From contig CAWDLW010000030.1 in assembly GCA_963803145.1 (NCBI GenBank), positions 55,581 through 119,580 of the forward strand: a DNA stretch of 64,000 nt, given 5' to 3'. Within the stretch, counting starts at the first letter, position 1, and each line of letters begins with the position of its first letter. Under the pieces are notes generated by a model. That model was not told the origin of the DNA and ran no database searches. It saw only the letters and a list, made by a program, of their open reading frames with translations. Source of the DNA: Methanotrichaceae archaeon. GTDB taxonomy: Archaea > Halobacteriota > Methanosarcinia > Methanotrichales > Methanotrichaceae. This document shows, in pieces, positions 21,576-38,377 of this stretch. Position numbers and translations under genes: made by a program.

Positions 21576-23403
21576 AGAGGGCGGAGTTCCTGAGGGCGCC
21601 AGGGTATTTGTCAACGGCGAGATCGTAGGACATCACCCTGAGCCGCTGAAGCTGGCTGAGAATTTGAGAAGGCTCAGGCGCGCAGGGAGTATTAGTACTC
21701 AGGTTAACGTTGCATATTACAGTGATACAAACGAGATCCTGATCAACACAGACTCCGGACGGGCAAGGAGACCGCTAATAGTTGTAGAAAATGGCCATGC
21801 GCTCATTACTGATGAGCACACTGCCAAAATTGCCAGGGGCGATCTAACCTTTGATGATCTTGTTAGAGCAGGTCTTGTAGAATACCTGGATGCAGAGGAG
21901 GAAGAGAACGGCCTCATAGCCATCTGGGAAGAGGACATAACCCCAGAGCATACTCACCTTGAGCTTGATCCCTCGCTCATCCTCGGAATAGCTACTGGCC
22001 TTGTTCCCTATCCAGAACATAACGCGAGTCCCAGAAACACAATGGGCGCAGGCATGATCAAGCAGTGCCTTGGCATGTCTATGGCAAACATGAAGCTCAG
22101 GCCCGACACAAGAGGGCACTATCTGAACTCGCCTCAAAGGGCTATTGTCAGGACTAAAACAGCCAAAGCAGTAGGGTTCGATGATAGGCCGGCGGGCCAA
22201 AACTTCGTTGTGGCAGTTCTCGCCTATGAGGGGTATAACATAGAGGATGCCCTTGTCATGAATAAAGGCTCGATAGAGCGCGGCCTTGCTAGAAGCCACT
22301 TCTTCCGCGTATCTGAGGCGGAGGAGAGAAAATACCCAGGCGGCCAGGAGGATAAATTTGAGATACCTGATGTCGAGGTACGCGGCGCCCGTGGATCTGA
22401 GTCGTATGAACAATTGGATTCCGATGGCCTGGTGAATCCAAATGCGAGCATTGGCCCAAACGATGTTCTTATAGGAAAGACAAGCCCGCCAAGGTTCCTT
22501 GAGGAGCCAAGCGAGTTCGGAATAACTCCTCAGCAAAGGCGTGAGACTTCAGTGACTATGCGGTCGAATGAGCGGGGCGTAGTCGATATGGTCATTCTTA
22601 CTGAGTCGTCGAACGGCAACCGCCTTGCAAAGGTCAAGACCAGAGATCAGCGTATCCCTGAACTCGGAGATAAGTTCGCCTCACGCCATGGGCAAAAGGG
22701 TGTAGTAGGACTTATTGTTCCACAAGAGGATATGCCTTTCACAGAAAGCGGTATCGTGCCGGACCTGCTGCTGAACCCTCATGCAATTCCTTCAAGGATG
22801 ACCGTTGGCCACGTTCTTGAGATGATCGGCGGTAAAGTCGGCTCTCTAGAGGGAAGGTTCATCGATGCGACTGCCTTCCTCGGCGAGACTGAAATAGACC
22901 TGCGTTCAGCCCTGACCAAGTTCGGCTTCTCTCATACAGGCAGAGAGATACTCTACAATGGCGCAACTGGCGAACAGATCATGGCTGATCTATTTGTCGG
23001 CGTGATCCTCTATCAGAAGCTCTATCATATGGTCACGGGAAAGATGCATGCCCGATCTCGAGGACCTGTGCAGGTGCTAACAAGGCAGCCGACTGAAGGC
23101 CGAGCCAGAGAGGGCGGTCTCCGGTTCGGAGAGATGGAAAGAGATGTGCTCATAGCCCATGGTGCAGCTCTTGCGCTTAAAGAGCGTTTAGTGGATGAAT
23201 CGGATAAGGTTACAGAACTGGTTTGCAGCAACTGTGGAATGATAGCAATACATGATAGAAGAAGGAACGCAGATTTCTGTCCTGTCTGCGGAGCGGATAC
23301 TGAAATTTATCCTGTTGAGATGAGCTATGCCTTTAAGCTCCTTCTGGATGAGATCAAATCACTAGGAGTCGCTCCGAGGCTGATACTAGAGGATGCCGTA
23401 TAG
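21559..23403 (+). CDS. rpoB1: RNA polymerase subunit B' (Rpo2C)
   Basis: [38 protein letters not shown]. Confidence 0.97.
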   Translation: MVTLAEEGGVPEGARVFVNGEIVGHHPEPLKLAENLRRLRRAGSISTQVNVAYYSDTNEILINTDSGRARRPLIVVENGHALITDEHTAKIARGDLTFDDLVRAGLVEYLDAEEEENGLIAIWEEDITPEHTHLELDPSLILGIATGLVPYPEHNASPRNTMGAGMIKQCLGMSMANMKLRPDTRGHYLNSPQRAIVRTKTAKAVGFDDRPAGQNFVVAVLAYEGYNIEDALVMNKGSIERGLARSHFFRVSEAEERKYPGGQEDKFEIPDVEVRGARGSESYEQLDSDGLVNPNASIGPNDVLIGKTSPPRFLEEPSEFGITPQQRRETSVTMRSNERGVVDMVILTESSNGNRLAKVKTRDQRIPELGDKFASRHGQKGVVGLIVPQEDMPFTESGIVPDLLLNPHAIPSRMTVGHVLEMIGGKVGSLEGRFIDATAFLGETEIDLRSALTKFGFSHTGREILYNGATGEQIMADLFVGVILYQKLYHMVTGKMHARSRGPVQVLTRQPTEGRAREGGLRFGEMERDVLIAHGAALALKERLVDESDKVTELVCSNCGMIAIHDRRRNADFCPVCGADTEIYPVEMSYAFKLLLDEIKSLGVAPRLILEDAV

Positions 23404-23411
23404 GTGAAAGC

Positions 23412-27474
<4,063 letters not shown>

Positions 27475-27491
27475 ATCAGGGGTGTTAAAGC

Positions 27492-27923
27492 ATGAGTGAG
27501 TTCAAACTCACATCAGAAGGTATCAGATATATCGCTTTATTTGAGAGCCTAACAGGCGGCATGGCCAGGGATTGCGTTGTTGATGCCGATAATGATAGAA
27601 TAATCTTTGTCATTAAAAAGGGAGACATGGGTGCGGCCATTGGCAGAAAGGGCTCTAATATCAACCGCGTAAAAAAATCGATTGGCAAGCAGATAGAGAT
27701 TGTAGAGTATAGCGATAATGTTAACGAGTTTCTGGAGAACCTCTTCCAGCCTGCATCGATAAAAAATGTCATGGTTGTGAACAAGAATAATAAGCGATTG
27801 GCTTATGTAGAAGTAGCAAACAAGGACAAGGGCATTGCCATTGGAAGAGATGGAAGAAACATCCTTAAAGCCAAGATGCTCGCACAGAGACATCACGGCG
27901 TAGATGACATCATAATTCAATAG
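27492..27923 (+). CDS. nusA: Archaeal NusA (two KH domains)
   Basis: GAAIGRKGSNI and GIAIGRDGRNI; operon position. Confidence 0.95.
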   Translation: MSEFKLTSEGIRYIALFESLTGGMARDCVVDADNDRIIFVIKKGDMGAAIGRKGSNINRVKKSIGKQIEIVEYSDNVNEFLENLFQPASIKNVMVVNKNNKRLAYVEVANKDKGIAIGRDGRNILKAKMLAQRHHGVDDIIIQ

Positions 27924-27951
27924 GACTTCGCGATTTACTAAGGTGAAATGA

Positions 27952-28380
27952 ATGGGAAAGGGAATTTATGCAGCCAGGAAGCTGGAGAGTGATAGGAAGA
28001 CGATGAGATGGAGCTATCCCAAGTTCATCAGAAGAGTGTCAGGAAGCAGAGTGAAGGCCGATCCGCTGGGAGGCGCGCCCATGGGAAGAGGAATAGTCCT
28101 CGAGAAGGTGGGAATAGAATGCAAACAGCCTAACTCAGCAATAAGGAAGGCCGTCAGGGTTCAGCTTATTAAGAATGGCAGACAGGTTACTGCATTCTGT
28201 CCAGGCGATGGAGCTATCGGGTTCATAGATGAACACGATGAGGTTACAGTCGATCGCATAGGCGGACGAATGGGCAGGTCCATGGGAGATATCCCTGGAG
28301 TCAGGTTCAAGGTAATAGCTGTAAACAACGTTTCTCTGGGCGAGCTTGTGCGGGGAAGGAAAGAGAAGCCGGTGAGGTGA
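27952..28380 (+). CDS. rps12: 30S ribosomal protein S12 (uS12)
   Basis: [28 protein letters not shown]. Confidence 0.98.
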   Translation: MGKGIYAARKLESDRKTMRWSYPKFIRRVSGSRVKADPLGGAPMGRGIVLEKVGIECKQPNSAIRKAVRVQLIKNGRQVTAFCPGDGAIGFIDEHDEVTVDRIGGRMGRSMGDIPGVRFKVIAVNNVSLGELVRGRKEKPVR

Positions 28381-28943
28381 TTAGGGTGAAGGTATTCGGC
28401 AAGTGGGATCCAGTTGAGATCGAGGTCGAGGACCCAAGCATAAAGGCATATATGAGCCTTGCCCCCAAGGCCGTCATGCATTCAAGCGGGAGACATGCGA
28501 AGCAGCAGTTCAAGAAATCAGAGCAGCATATAGTCGAGCGCTTAGTTAACAAGATGATGAGAACAGAGAAGAATACAGGCAAAAAGCTAAAGGCTTATGG
28601 TATAGTTGAGAAGTCCTTCGATATAATTAATAAGAGGACTAAGGAGAATCCATTATCGGTTCTCGCAAAAGCCATAGCTAATGCAGGCCCACGCGAGGAG
28701 GTCGTTAGACTAAAGTACGGCGGCATAACCGTGCCCAAAGCCGTCGATACAGCGCCTCAGAGGCGTGTGGATACCGCACTCATGTTCATAACAAAGGGCG
28801 CTCGAGAAGCATCCTTCAAGAAGACAAAATCCGTGGAGGCTGCGCTGGCTGATGAGATCATAGCAGCTGCAAACTATGATGTCAAGAGCTATGCGATAAA
28901 CCATAAAGATGGCGTAGAGCGTGTAGCCAAGGCTGCCAGATAA
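28377..28943 (+). CDS. rps7: 30S ribosomal protein S7 (uS7)
   Basis: [25 protein letters not shown]. Confidence 0.97.
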   Translation: MIRVKVFGKWDPVEIEVEDPSIKAYMSLAPKAVMHSSGRHAKQQFKKSEQHIVERLVNKMMRTEKNTGKKLKAYGIVEKSFDIINKRTKENPLSVLAKAIANAGPREEVVRLKYGGITVPKAVDTAPQRRVDTALMFITKGAREASFKKTKSVEAALADEIIAAANYDVKSYAINHKDGVERVAKAAR

Positions 28944-28958
28944 GGCAGCTGCCTATTT
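28943..28958. terminator. Palindrome plus T-tract between convergent rps7 and oxidoreductase
   Basis: AGGCAGCTGCCT followed by ATTTT. Confidence 0.4.
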
Positions 28959-30049
28959 TATTTAAATTTATTTATAAAGGATTTATCTATCCAATTTTTC
29001 AAGGCGTGTATCAGCCTTGTTGACATAGTTATGCACATGCCACCATAAACTCCAACGGCATGCTCCCGGCCTATAGAGATCAGTGCAACCTGGGTGCCTG
29101 CATCTGTAGATGCCAATATAGAGTATCTTATAAGCTTTCTACCTTCGGCGATCTTCCTCAGGTTCCTGGCCATATGCTTGGCCTGGTGTTCGGCCTCCGC
29201 TGCTGTTTTACTAGCTACCTTTCCATCGACGCTGATCCAGGCGCTATCTCCTATAACAAAGACATCGTCTGAGGCGCGTAGATAACCATCTGTTAGAATC
29301 CATTCATCCTTCCATTTCGGGTATTTGAGGCCCTGAACGAATTCGCAAGGCTTTATGCCACCAGTCCAGATTGCCATGTCGCATTCGAGGGACTCGCCGC
29401 TCGAGAAGAGTATACTGTCATCGCATATCTCTTGAACGCGCATTGAGACATTAGTCTTCACCCCTTTTCTGGACATGGTCTTCTCTATTAGCGAGGAGAC
29501 GTTTTCTGAGAATTGTGGCAGAAGCCGGTCTTTTGTCTCTACGATATGAATATTTGCGTCCAAGTTATCCGAAAGCGCGCAGGCGGTCTCAACACCAGTC
29601 AATCCCGATCCAATTATAACTATGTTTTCAGGTGACTTATGCTCCAGATAGTCTCTGGCCCTCATTGCCCCAGAGAATGTATTGACTGAGAAGGCCCTAT
29701 CAGCACCATGAATCCCGAAGTAATTCTGGACTGCTCCAGTAGCTATCACGGCTAAATCATATTCCACGATGCTTCTATCGCATACTACCCTGCTTCCTTC
29801 GAGGCTCACGGCATGCTCATTTATCAGCTCAGCACCTACGCGATCGCAGAAAGGCTTTAGTGGTGCTACCAAATCGTCCAGGCAGGCATTGCATGCGATA
29901 TACTCAGGATAAAGAGCCTGGCACTCTATTTGGTTTTTGGGCTCAATCAGTGTGATATCATAAGGGCCTGGCAGAGCTACTCTGATAAGTTCTGCACCAG
30001 CTATGCCGCCTCCGATGACGACTACCTTCAATTTGGAATTCCGGCTCAT
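28958..30049 (-). CDS. NAD(P)/FAD-dependent oxidoreductase, NDH-2/AIF-like
   Basis: GGGIAG, ATG, GSGLTGVE, IWTGG, FVIGD motifs. Confidence 0.9.
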   Translation of the reverse strand: MSRNSKLKVVVIGGGIAGAELIRVALPGPYDITLIEPKNQIECQALYPEYIACNACLDDLVAPLKPFCDRVGAELINEHAVSLEGSRVVCDRSIVEYDLAVIATGAVQNYFGIHGADRAFSVNTFSGAMRARDYLEHKSPENIVIIGSGLTGVETACALSDNLDANIHIVETKDRLLPQFSENVSSLIEKTMSRKGVKTNVSMRVQEICDDSILFSSGESLECDMAIWTGGIKPCEFVQGLKYPKWKDEWILTDGYLRASDDVFVIGDSAWISVDGKVASKTAAEAEHQAKHMARNLRKIAEGRKLIRYSILASTDAGTQVALISIGREHAVGVYGGMCITMSTRLIHALKNWIDKSFINKFK

Positions 30050-30244
30050 AGATTGACTGCTCTTAGCATCGGCACCTGTTTTTTTGGGTTTATACGGGTA
30101 GTTTTCTATAAATAAATATGGAGATTACGGCTCATAATGGGGTTTACGATATTAGACGTATCGACTATCTAGTATTGTATCGTTTAGCATTGTGTATAGT
30201 ATGCACATTGGGATAGGAGTATATATAAATCGACTTAGTGGGAG

Positions 30245-30547
30245 TTGGCGATAGAAGAGTCCTTGTTCACAAGAGAGCTTGGAATTAAGAGTCCGATGCT
30301 GAAAGTATTGGATTTCTTGATGGATAACGAATCTTTTGACTACACAAGAACTGAGATAGAAGAAGGCGCAAGCCTGAGCAAGACTGCCCTTCTCAAGACA
30401 CGACCTAAGCTGGAAGCCTTGGAGCTTATTGAAACTACCAGGACGGCAAGTATGGCCAGGATGTATAAGCTAAACAAGCAGAACCCCATAGAAAAGAAAG
30501 CTCTAAAGATATATTGCTTGCATAGAGATATCTTTTGGATATCCTAA
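30245..30547 (+). CDS. Winged-helix protein, C-terminus possibly replaced by inserted DNA
   Basis: KVLDFL..FDYTRTEI..A.LS..L..LELI..TR..RMYKLN..NPI. Confidence 0.65.
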   Translation: MAIEESLFTRELGIKSPMLKVLDFLMDNESFDYTRTEIEEGASLSKTALLKTRPKLEALELIETTRTASMARMYKLNKQNPIEKKALKIYCLHRDIFWIS

Positions 30548-30568
30548 AACTCTGGGCCACGATCTGAA

Positions 30569-32907
<2,339 letters not shown>

Positions 32908-32913
<6 letters not shown>

Positions 32914-32930
32914 CATTGATTAGTCCGCCT
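32908..32930 (-). other. attI-like recombination site
   Basis: Minus strand GGACTAA-TCAAT-GTTAGCT: degenerate L box, 5-nt spacer, core site; no attC hairpin upstream. Confidence 0.55.
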
Positions 32931-33343
32931 ACTTGCAGTAATCATTTACCGCACCCATATATTCATCGTGAAAAAGATAATAAGAATGGCACGGTAGCAA
33001 ATCAACTCCGATAGTGTGGCAAACGATGGGATAATAATGGATATAGATTTAGTCGGAAGATAATTTGATGATTGGGAGAGTGCACGACCTTGGCCAGGCC
33101 CAGCTTTATTCCTGTCCAACCGGTCCAGCGAATAACATGTCAATCAGCAAGATCGAACTTTGACCGATGACCGGGACAAATTACAGCAATGCCTTCCAGT
33201 TTGGCTCTAGAAAGATAAGGATAAGACCAAACAGTCGACGAAAAGGTGTTGGAAGACTGGTGGGACTCTTTGTGGATTCTCCTTAAATGGCTTAGAGATT
33301 TCCCCACTTGACTCAGATGATGTGCATCACAATTGAGTAACTA

Positions 33344-34426
33344 TAGTTAATCTCCTAGCTTTTTGCACTAAGAAATCGCTCCACCCAGGACTTTGAATAT
33401 CCATCCTTTTTGGAATAAAATATTTCTAAAGCGCAATCTTGGCTAGCTATAATAGCTTCATCGAAATCAGTGTATTTGGCGATCTCTCTTTTGAAATCCT
33501 TCCAACCGAATTCTATAGGATTCAAATCTGGTGAATAGGGGATATTATAAATTAAGTGAATATCGATTTCCTCAGCTAGTTTTCTAAATTTCTTGGCCAA
33601 ATGAATTCTAGCATTATCTAAAAGTATACAAATTGGCCTCATAATATTATTATTTCTTATATTTTGAGCAAATGCCATCAACGCTTCCTTCTTAGAGGAG
33701 TTGGAAACCATAACCTCATCATTGCCATTTAATGCTATAAATCCAAAAATAGTTCTTGATCTAACCTTTCCAGGTTTATAATTTATTAAATGAGTGTTTA
33801 AGACTCTACGTGTATTAGGGCGCTGTTGTAAAGAGCTTTCATCAAGAAATCCTATAACAGGATCAGTAACAGTGGTCAGCACTGATTTTATCCTTTTTTA
33901 AAAAACTTTCTGCATCTGCAGGCCTCTTTTCATTTCTGATGTATGGTTTCCCATACTTAACTTTTTTCACTACTCTTAAAATTCGCCAGCCATATTTATA
34001 TGAAAAATCTATACCTCTTGTATCCCTTACATATTTTAATACGTCTTTTATCGTCATTCCTTTGTCTTCAATTTCTTTAATAACTCTATCCCATTCATCA
34101 AGAGACATCTTTGGCTTTTTGCCATTTCTATTCTTTGGTGTCAATCCATTATAGCCTTGATTATTCCATCTGCTTAACCAATATTTTATTGTCCTCTCGC
34201 CCCTTTTTAAAATATCAGCTACCTCATATACGTTTTTCCCTTCATATAAATGTATTATTGCCAATAACCGTTCCTTAATCCTTAGATCAGTCTCTTTTTT
34301 ATATAATTTATCAAGGTCTATCTTTGATATATGCCTAATTATTATAGGTTTTCTACCCATGCCTATGTATTTTCACGCATTAATTATTAAATGTATCTAT
34401 AGGGCAATAAGCTCAATGATTAACTA
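33344..34426 (-). mobile_element. IS630-family insertion sequence
   Basis: Imperfect 23-bp TIRs TAGTTAATCnnnnAGCTTnTTGC flanked by TA on both sides; AT-rich. Confidence 0.93.
33355..34360 (-). CDS. IS630 transposase in two frames (HTH ORF 34360-33863, DDE ORF to 33355)
   Basis: FLDES / LDNA..H / YSPDLNPIE triad; junction at T6A6 (33905-33894). Confidence 0.9.
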
Positions 34427-34519
34427 TAATTTCCGATTTTATTGGAAATCAGAAATTACATACTCAATATTGAACTTCGAGTCAGTACTATAAGAGTCTT
34501 ATGTGTAAGCATGTCAAGC

Positions 34520-35578
34520 TGTAGAGTCCCGAATGTTTTGACTTTATATACTCGGTCTCTACTTTTAGGTTCTATCTCTAACATTTAATTCAGTCTCCAT
34601 ACGATCGAGAAACATTTTCAGCTTGCACCCTTCTGGTAGCCTGGACCAGAAAGCACTATCTGGCGTCTGAAGATACCATTTTGTATCGAGCGATTCATGG
34701 AACCTAACAGTGTTATACCAATCCATGAAATTGTCAAAATTATCGAACCTAGACCTGTTCTTTTGGTATGTATCATTCCATTTTTCGAATTTGCCATTTG
34801 TCTGAGGGTGTTTGACTCTCGCTTTAATATGGACTATTTTATTATCCTTAAGGAAGTTCTCAAATCTGCTATCGGCCTCTCCCTTTTTATCTCGTTTATT
34901 GGCATAGAACTGAGTTCCATGATCAGTCATTACCTGACTGATTCCCGTCAGCCATCCAAAGTTATCCAGCGCCTCCTGAAGGAGCATGATACTATTCTCA
35001 GTAGTTTCTGCATCGAACTCTCCGCCTGCGAGAATTCGCCGCGAACTATCATCAAGAACTGCACATACCTTTTTTCCATTGAGCTTACTGGTATGCCAGT
35101 CCAGATGTACCAGTGTCAGGCTGTGCTTGCGTTCCCACCTGACCCAAGGTTTTCTACGCTTCGCTTTATTACGGTTTACTTTAGCTTGGCCATGATTCAG
35201 CAGAACCTTGTGAATTGTGTTGTGAGGGATATGTTTTCCGTACTTGAATTCTATGATCTTTTCAAGACGCCTTGCCCCCAAATTTTGCTCTTTGTTGGTT
35301 TCTAATATCAATCTCTCTGATTCCTCATCAACATCTTTTTTCTTACGTCCAAATTTGTTAATGTTTAGGGGCATCTTGGTTTTCATCCAATGCATCCAGA
35401 CTCGCTTAACGGTTGACTCGCTGACTTTCATCTCAGCAGCGATTCTTTTGGTGCTGATGTTACTGGTTTTAGCTCGGATTATGTACCGGATCTTCCTTTG
35501 TGTTAGCTTTACAACCTTATTCTTCTTTCCCATGCCCCTTTGGTGGGTATATAAAGTCAAAGATTTCGGGACTACACA
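34520..35578 (-). mobile_element. IS481-family insertion sequence
   Basis: TGT...ACA ends, about 32-bp imperfect TIRs (..AGTCCCGAA..TTTGACTTTATATAC), 15-bp TSD GTAAGCATGTCAAGC at 34505-34519 and 35579-35593. Confidence 0.93.
34565..35533 (-). CDS. IS481-family transposase (rve/DDE), intact
   Basis: HLDW, LDDSSR, TDHGTQF, HPQTNGKFE, YN..RFH.SL..TP. Confidence 0.93.
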   Translation of the reverse strand: MGKKNKVVKLTQRKIRYIIRAKTSNISTKRIAAEMKVSESTVKRVWMHWMKTKMPLNINKFGRKKKDVDEESERLILETNKEQNLGARRLEKIIEFKYGKHIPHNTIHKVLLNHGQAKVNRNKAKRRKPWVRWERKHSLTLVHLDWHTSKLNGKKVCAVLDDSSRRILAGGEFDAETTENSIMLLQEALDNFGWLTGISQVMTDHGTQFYANKRDKKGEADSRFENFLKDNKIVHIKARVKHPQTNGKFEKWNDTYQKNRSRFDNFDNFMDWYNTVRFHESLDTKWYLQTPDSAFWSRLPEGCKLKMFLDRMETELNVRDRT

Positions 35579-35700
35579 GTAAGCATGTCAAGCATCATTA
35601 CATATAAGACAATGCCATCGAACTTGGCTCCCACTAGGCATATCTTAAACATCTTATGGCATGGCTAAAATAGCCGTCTATACAGGATAGATAGCTGGGG

Positions 35701-36225
35701 TCAGCCCGTATGTCCCAGCTCCTTGGCCTTGGCGAAGGCTGCTTCGGCCTCAGCATCTCGATGAAGAGCCTGAAGGGCTATGCCCGTGCCATACCAAGCT
35801 TCACCGTCGTTTTGATTTATCTCGATGGCTCTATTAAAGTTTGGAATTGCCTCATCATCTTTGCCCAATAGACCAAGAGCCGAGCCTTTTGCTTTCCAGG
35901 GAAGAGCATTTTGTGGATTTATCTTTATAGCCTCTTCATAACACCTAATAGCTTTATCACGTTGGCCTAATTCACTGAGAGCAAGGCCCTTCATAGTCCA
36001 TGTATTCACATCCTGTGAGTTTATCCCAAGGGATTTATCAAAACATTCAATAGCATCTTCGTATTTGCATAATAGCACCAAAGCATGGCCTTTTCCCGCC
36101 CAAACTGATGCCCAATTTGGTTCTATCTTTATAACCTTGTCATAACACTTAATAGCTTCCTTATATCTACCCATTTGAAGAAATGCATTTCCAGTGTCAA
36201 ACCATGCGCCTGCGGGATTCGCCAT
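35701..36225 (-). CDS. Tetratricopeptide-repeat protein
   Basis: Five W..KG.AL..A..C..A..INP units; EAEAAFAKAKELG tail. Confidence 0.88.
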   Translation of the reverse strand: MANPAGAWFDTGNAFLQMGRYKEAIKCYDKVIKIEPNWASVWAGKGHALVLLCKYEDAIECFDKSLGINSQDVNTWTMKGLALSELGQRDKAIRCYEEAIKINPQNALPWKAKGSALGLLGKDDEAIPNFNRAIEINQNDGEAWYGTGIALQALHRDAEAEAAFAKAKELGHTG

Positions 36226-36287
36226 ACAGCTTATTGTCGATGCAATTCAAGAAAAATGTTTGGATGCCGATGGCATCCCTTACAAGA

Positions 36288-36617
36288 TCAGTTTTGTTTC
36301 TGAGGCCGTATGATGGAGCCCTTTAAGCCAAAGCGGATACTCCTCATCCTCTTTTTCTGATAAGACTGAATCTTCTTGCTCAGGGGATGGCCTGGCTTAA
36401 CTCTGAGATGAGTTAGAGAAACAATGATCACTTCGCCATTTACATCAAGTATATGAACCATTATTCCACCAGATTCTCCTGAGTCATATACTTGTGTTAT
36501 ATTCAGCTCAGTATTCTCATCAATCTTAATTCCCTTTTCAGAAAGATACTTGACTAATGCACTGGTAGGATATACAGGGATGGGCAGGTTCTCCTTCATC
36601 TCTTCGATCAGGCTCAT
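36288..36617 (-). CDS. Conserved-looking hypothetical protein
   Basis: 109-aa ORF with G.SGGI..SLTHL..HPL..I..YQ..R pattern. Confidence 0.6.
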   Translation of the reverse strand: MSLIEEMKENLPIPVYPTSALVKYLSEKGIKIDENTELNITQVYDSGESGGIMVHILDVNGEVIIVSLTHLRVKPGHPLSKKIQSYQKKRMRSIRFGLKGSIIRPQKQN

Positions 36618-37007
36618 GCTCTCTTCACTTTCTCACTTTTTGGACTTAAACATACATAAGCCATTGCATGAATTACAAGGGCATGTCCTGCCTTGAGCCA
36701 GCCTACACCAAGTGAAGTTAATAGTGCACCTGGGAATAATGAAGAGATATCGTTAGGTGTGCCATCAATCATCTCCAAGGCCGATCAAAACATTCCATTT
36801 ATACCGTGCTATAAAAATATTTTGTTAACTTTTTTATTGTATACACACGACCGAATATTATTTCTGCCTGCAAACATAGAATCTAGAGCGCAAAGGCATG
36901 CCTTTGTAATCAGAGAAGGTATTTATTAAATTGTACTCTGGCTTTGAATATCTGAAAAATGAAGAGATGGATTTACAGGTTGTATACACTCCCATGAGGT
37001 TCCAATT

Positions 37008-37814
37008 TTATGGTTTTTTAGCAATGAAATCATCAAAAAACTCTTTTAATCTATCTGAGAATCCCAATTTAAAATGCTCATCAAGCAACTTTACTGAACC
37101 AAATAATGCGTGAAAACCAGATACTAGAGACATAGCTCCTAGATACTTAGGTTCTTCGCTCCATCTTATAACACCACCTGGTTCGCGGCGGATTGCTTCG
37201 GCCATACCCCATGAATCCCAATGAACTAATCCAGACGCCTTTGTATAAACTGTATCATGAAGATCTTCAAGTCCAACTTCTTTAAAGATTTCTATGATCT
37301 TTTTCTCTATGAATTTGCCATCTTCGTTCTCGTCCATTCTCCACTTAAAGCGATAGCTATCTGGAGTAAGTTCACTTTGAAATCTATCTTTAAATTCTGG
37401 CTTCAAGAATTGACGGCAATATTTGTCAAGGGCCTCTTCGATCTCTACCTTATGGGTAGCATATTCTGGTTTACCATACAAGTATCCATACTGCTTAAGC
37501 CAGACATAAGCTCTCCAATTAAGCGGACGCTCATTAGATTCTCCTGTTGCCCATGCTAGAACAGCATAGCCTTCAATCATGACTCTTGTAAGGATAAAAG
37601 CATCACGATATTGCTCAGCATCTACTAGTCTACAGATACTTTCGTAATGTTCTATCTGTTTGCTTATGAAAGTCATTTCCATAAAGCCTAAGTGGTCAAA
37701 TTCTGTAAAGTTTTTTATACTATGTAGCATATCGATGGCTAGCTGACCCATCTTATCAGCGTATCTGTTTAATATCATTATATCTTTGTCAAGATCAAGA
37801 GTTTGGCCCGACAT
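37008..37814 (-). CDS. DUF5677-like (HEPN-like helical) protein
   Basis: A..L.R..IE and Y...S..VH motifs. Confidence 0.65.
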   Translation of the reverse strand: MSGQTLDLDKDIMILNRYADKMGQLAIDMLHSIKNFTEFDHLGFMEMTFISKQIEHYESICRLVDAEQYRDAFILTRVMIEGYAVLAWATGESNERPLNWRAYVWLKQYGYLYGKPEYATHKVEIEEALDKYCRQFLKPEFKDRFQSELTPDSYRFKWRMDENEDGKFIEKKIIEIFKEVGLEDLHDTVYTKASGLVHWDSWGMAEAIRREPGGVIRWSEEPKYLGAMSLVSGFHALFGSVKLLDEHFKLGFSDRLKEFFDDFIAKKP

Positions 37815-38083
37815 AAAGAGGTAATTGCTAAGGTACTATGAAATACTAGCGCCCAGATAACCGTTATATTGATTGATGCAGAAGACACAAACCCCTGCAT
37901 GCGGGCATCTAAAGCTTTGGACTTCTGATTCTAATGAAAATCAGAAATTACATGCCAGCCGTATCGAAACAATCTCTATAGTAGCACTGGAGGATTCTTT
38001 TATGCCAGCGTGTCTCGCATTAATACAATATAAGATAGGAAATCAACTAACTTACCCATCTCTCACACGTAAACCGTCCCGGA

Positions 38084-38152
38084 GGGTAGCCCGTCGCGGC
38101 GATTGAGCGACAGCCCGTAAACAGCTAGCGCGGGAGCGAAGCGACTCGCGGG
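38084..38152. repeat. GC-rich structured intergenic element, copy 1
   Basis: GGGTAGCCCGTCGCGGCGATTGAGCG matches the reverse complement of 60273-60297 at 24 of 26 positions; followed by hairpin CGCGGG..CTCGCG. Confidence 0.6.
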
Positions 38153-38377
38153 CATTCCAGAATTAGAGCGGTGTAAAGTTGACTAAGACTTGGCTTATGG
38201 TCAGATAGTAAAGTTTGATCCTGGAGGAATCCAAGCTTTTTACGGCCTGAACTTTTCGGGTAGAAAAAAGAAGCTGGACCGCTTCAAGCCAAGATCAATA
38301 CCTTAGAGTCTATGATTGTTCTTTTTTAAATAACAGACTCATGCAAAATTTGTTTGTAAATATATGACATATTGCTT

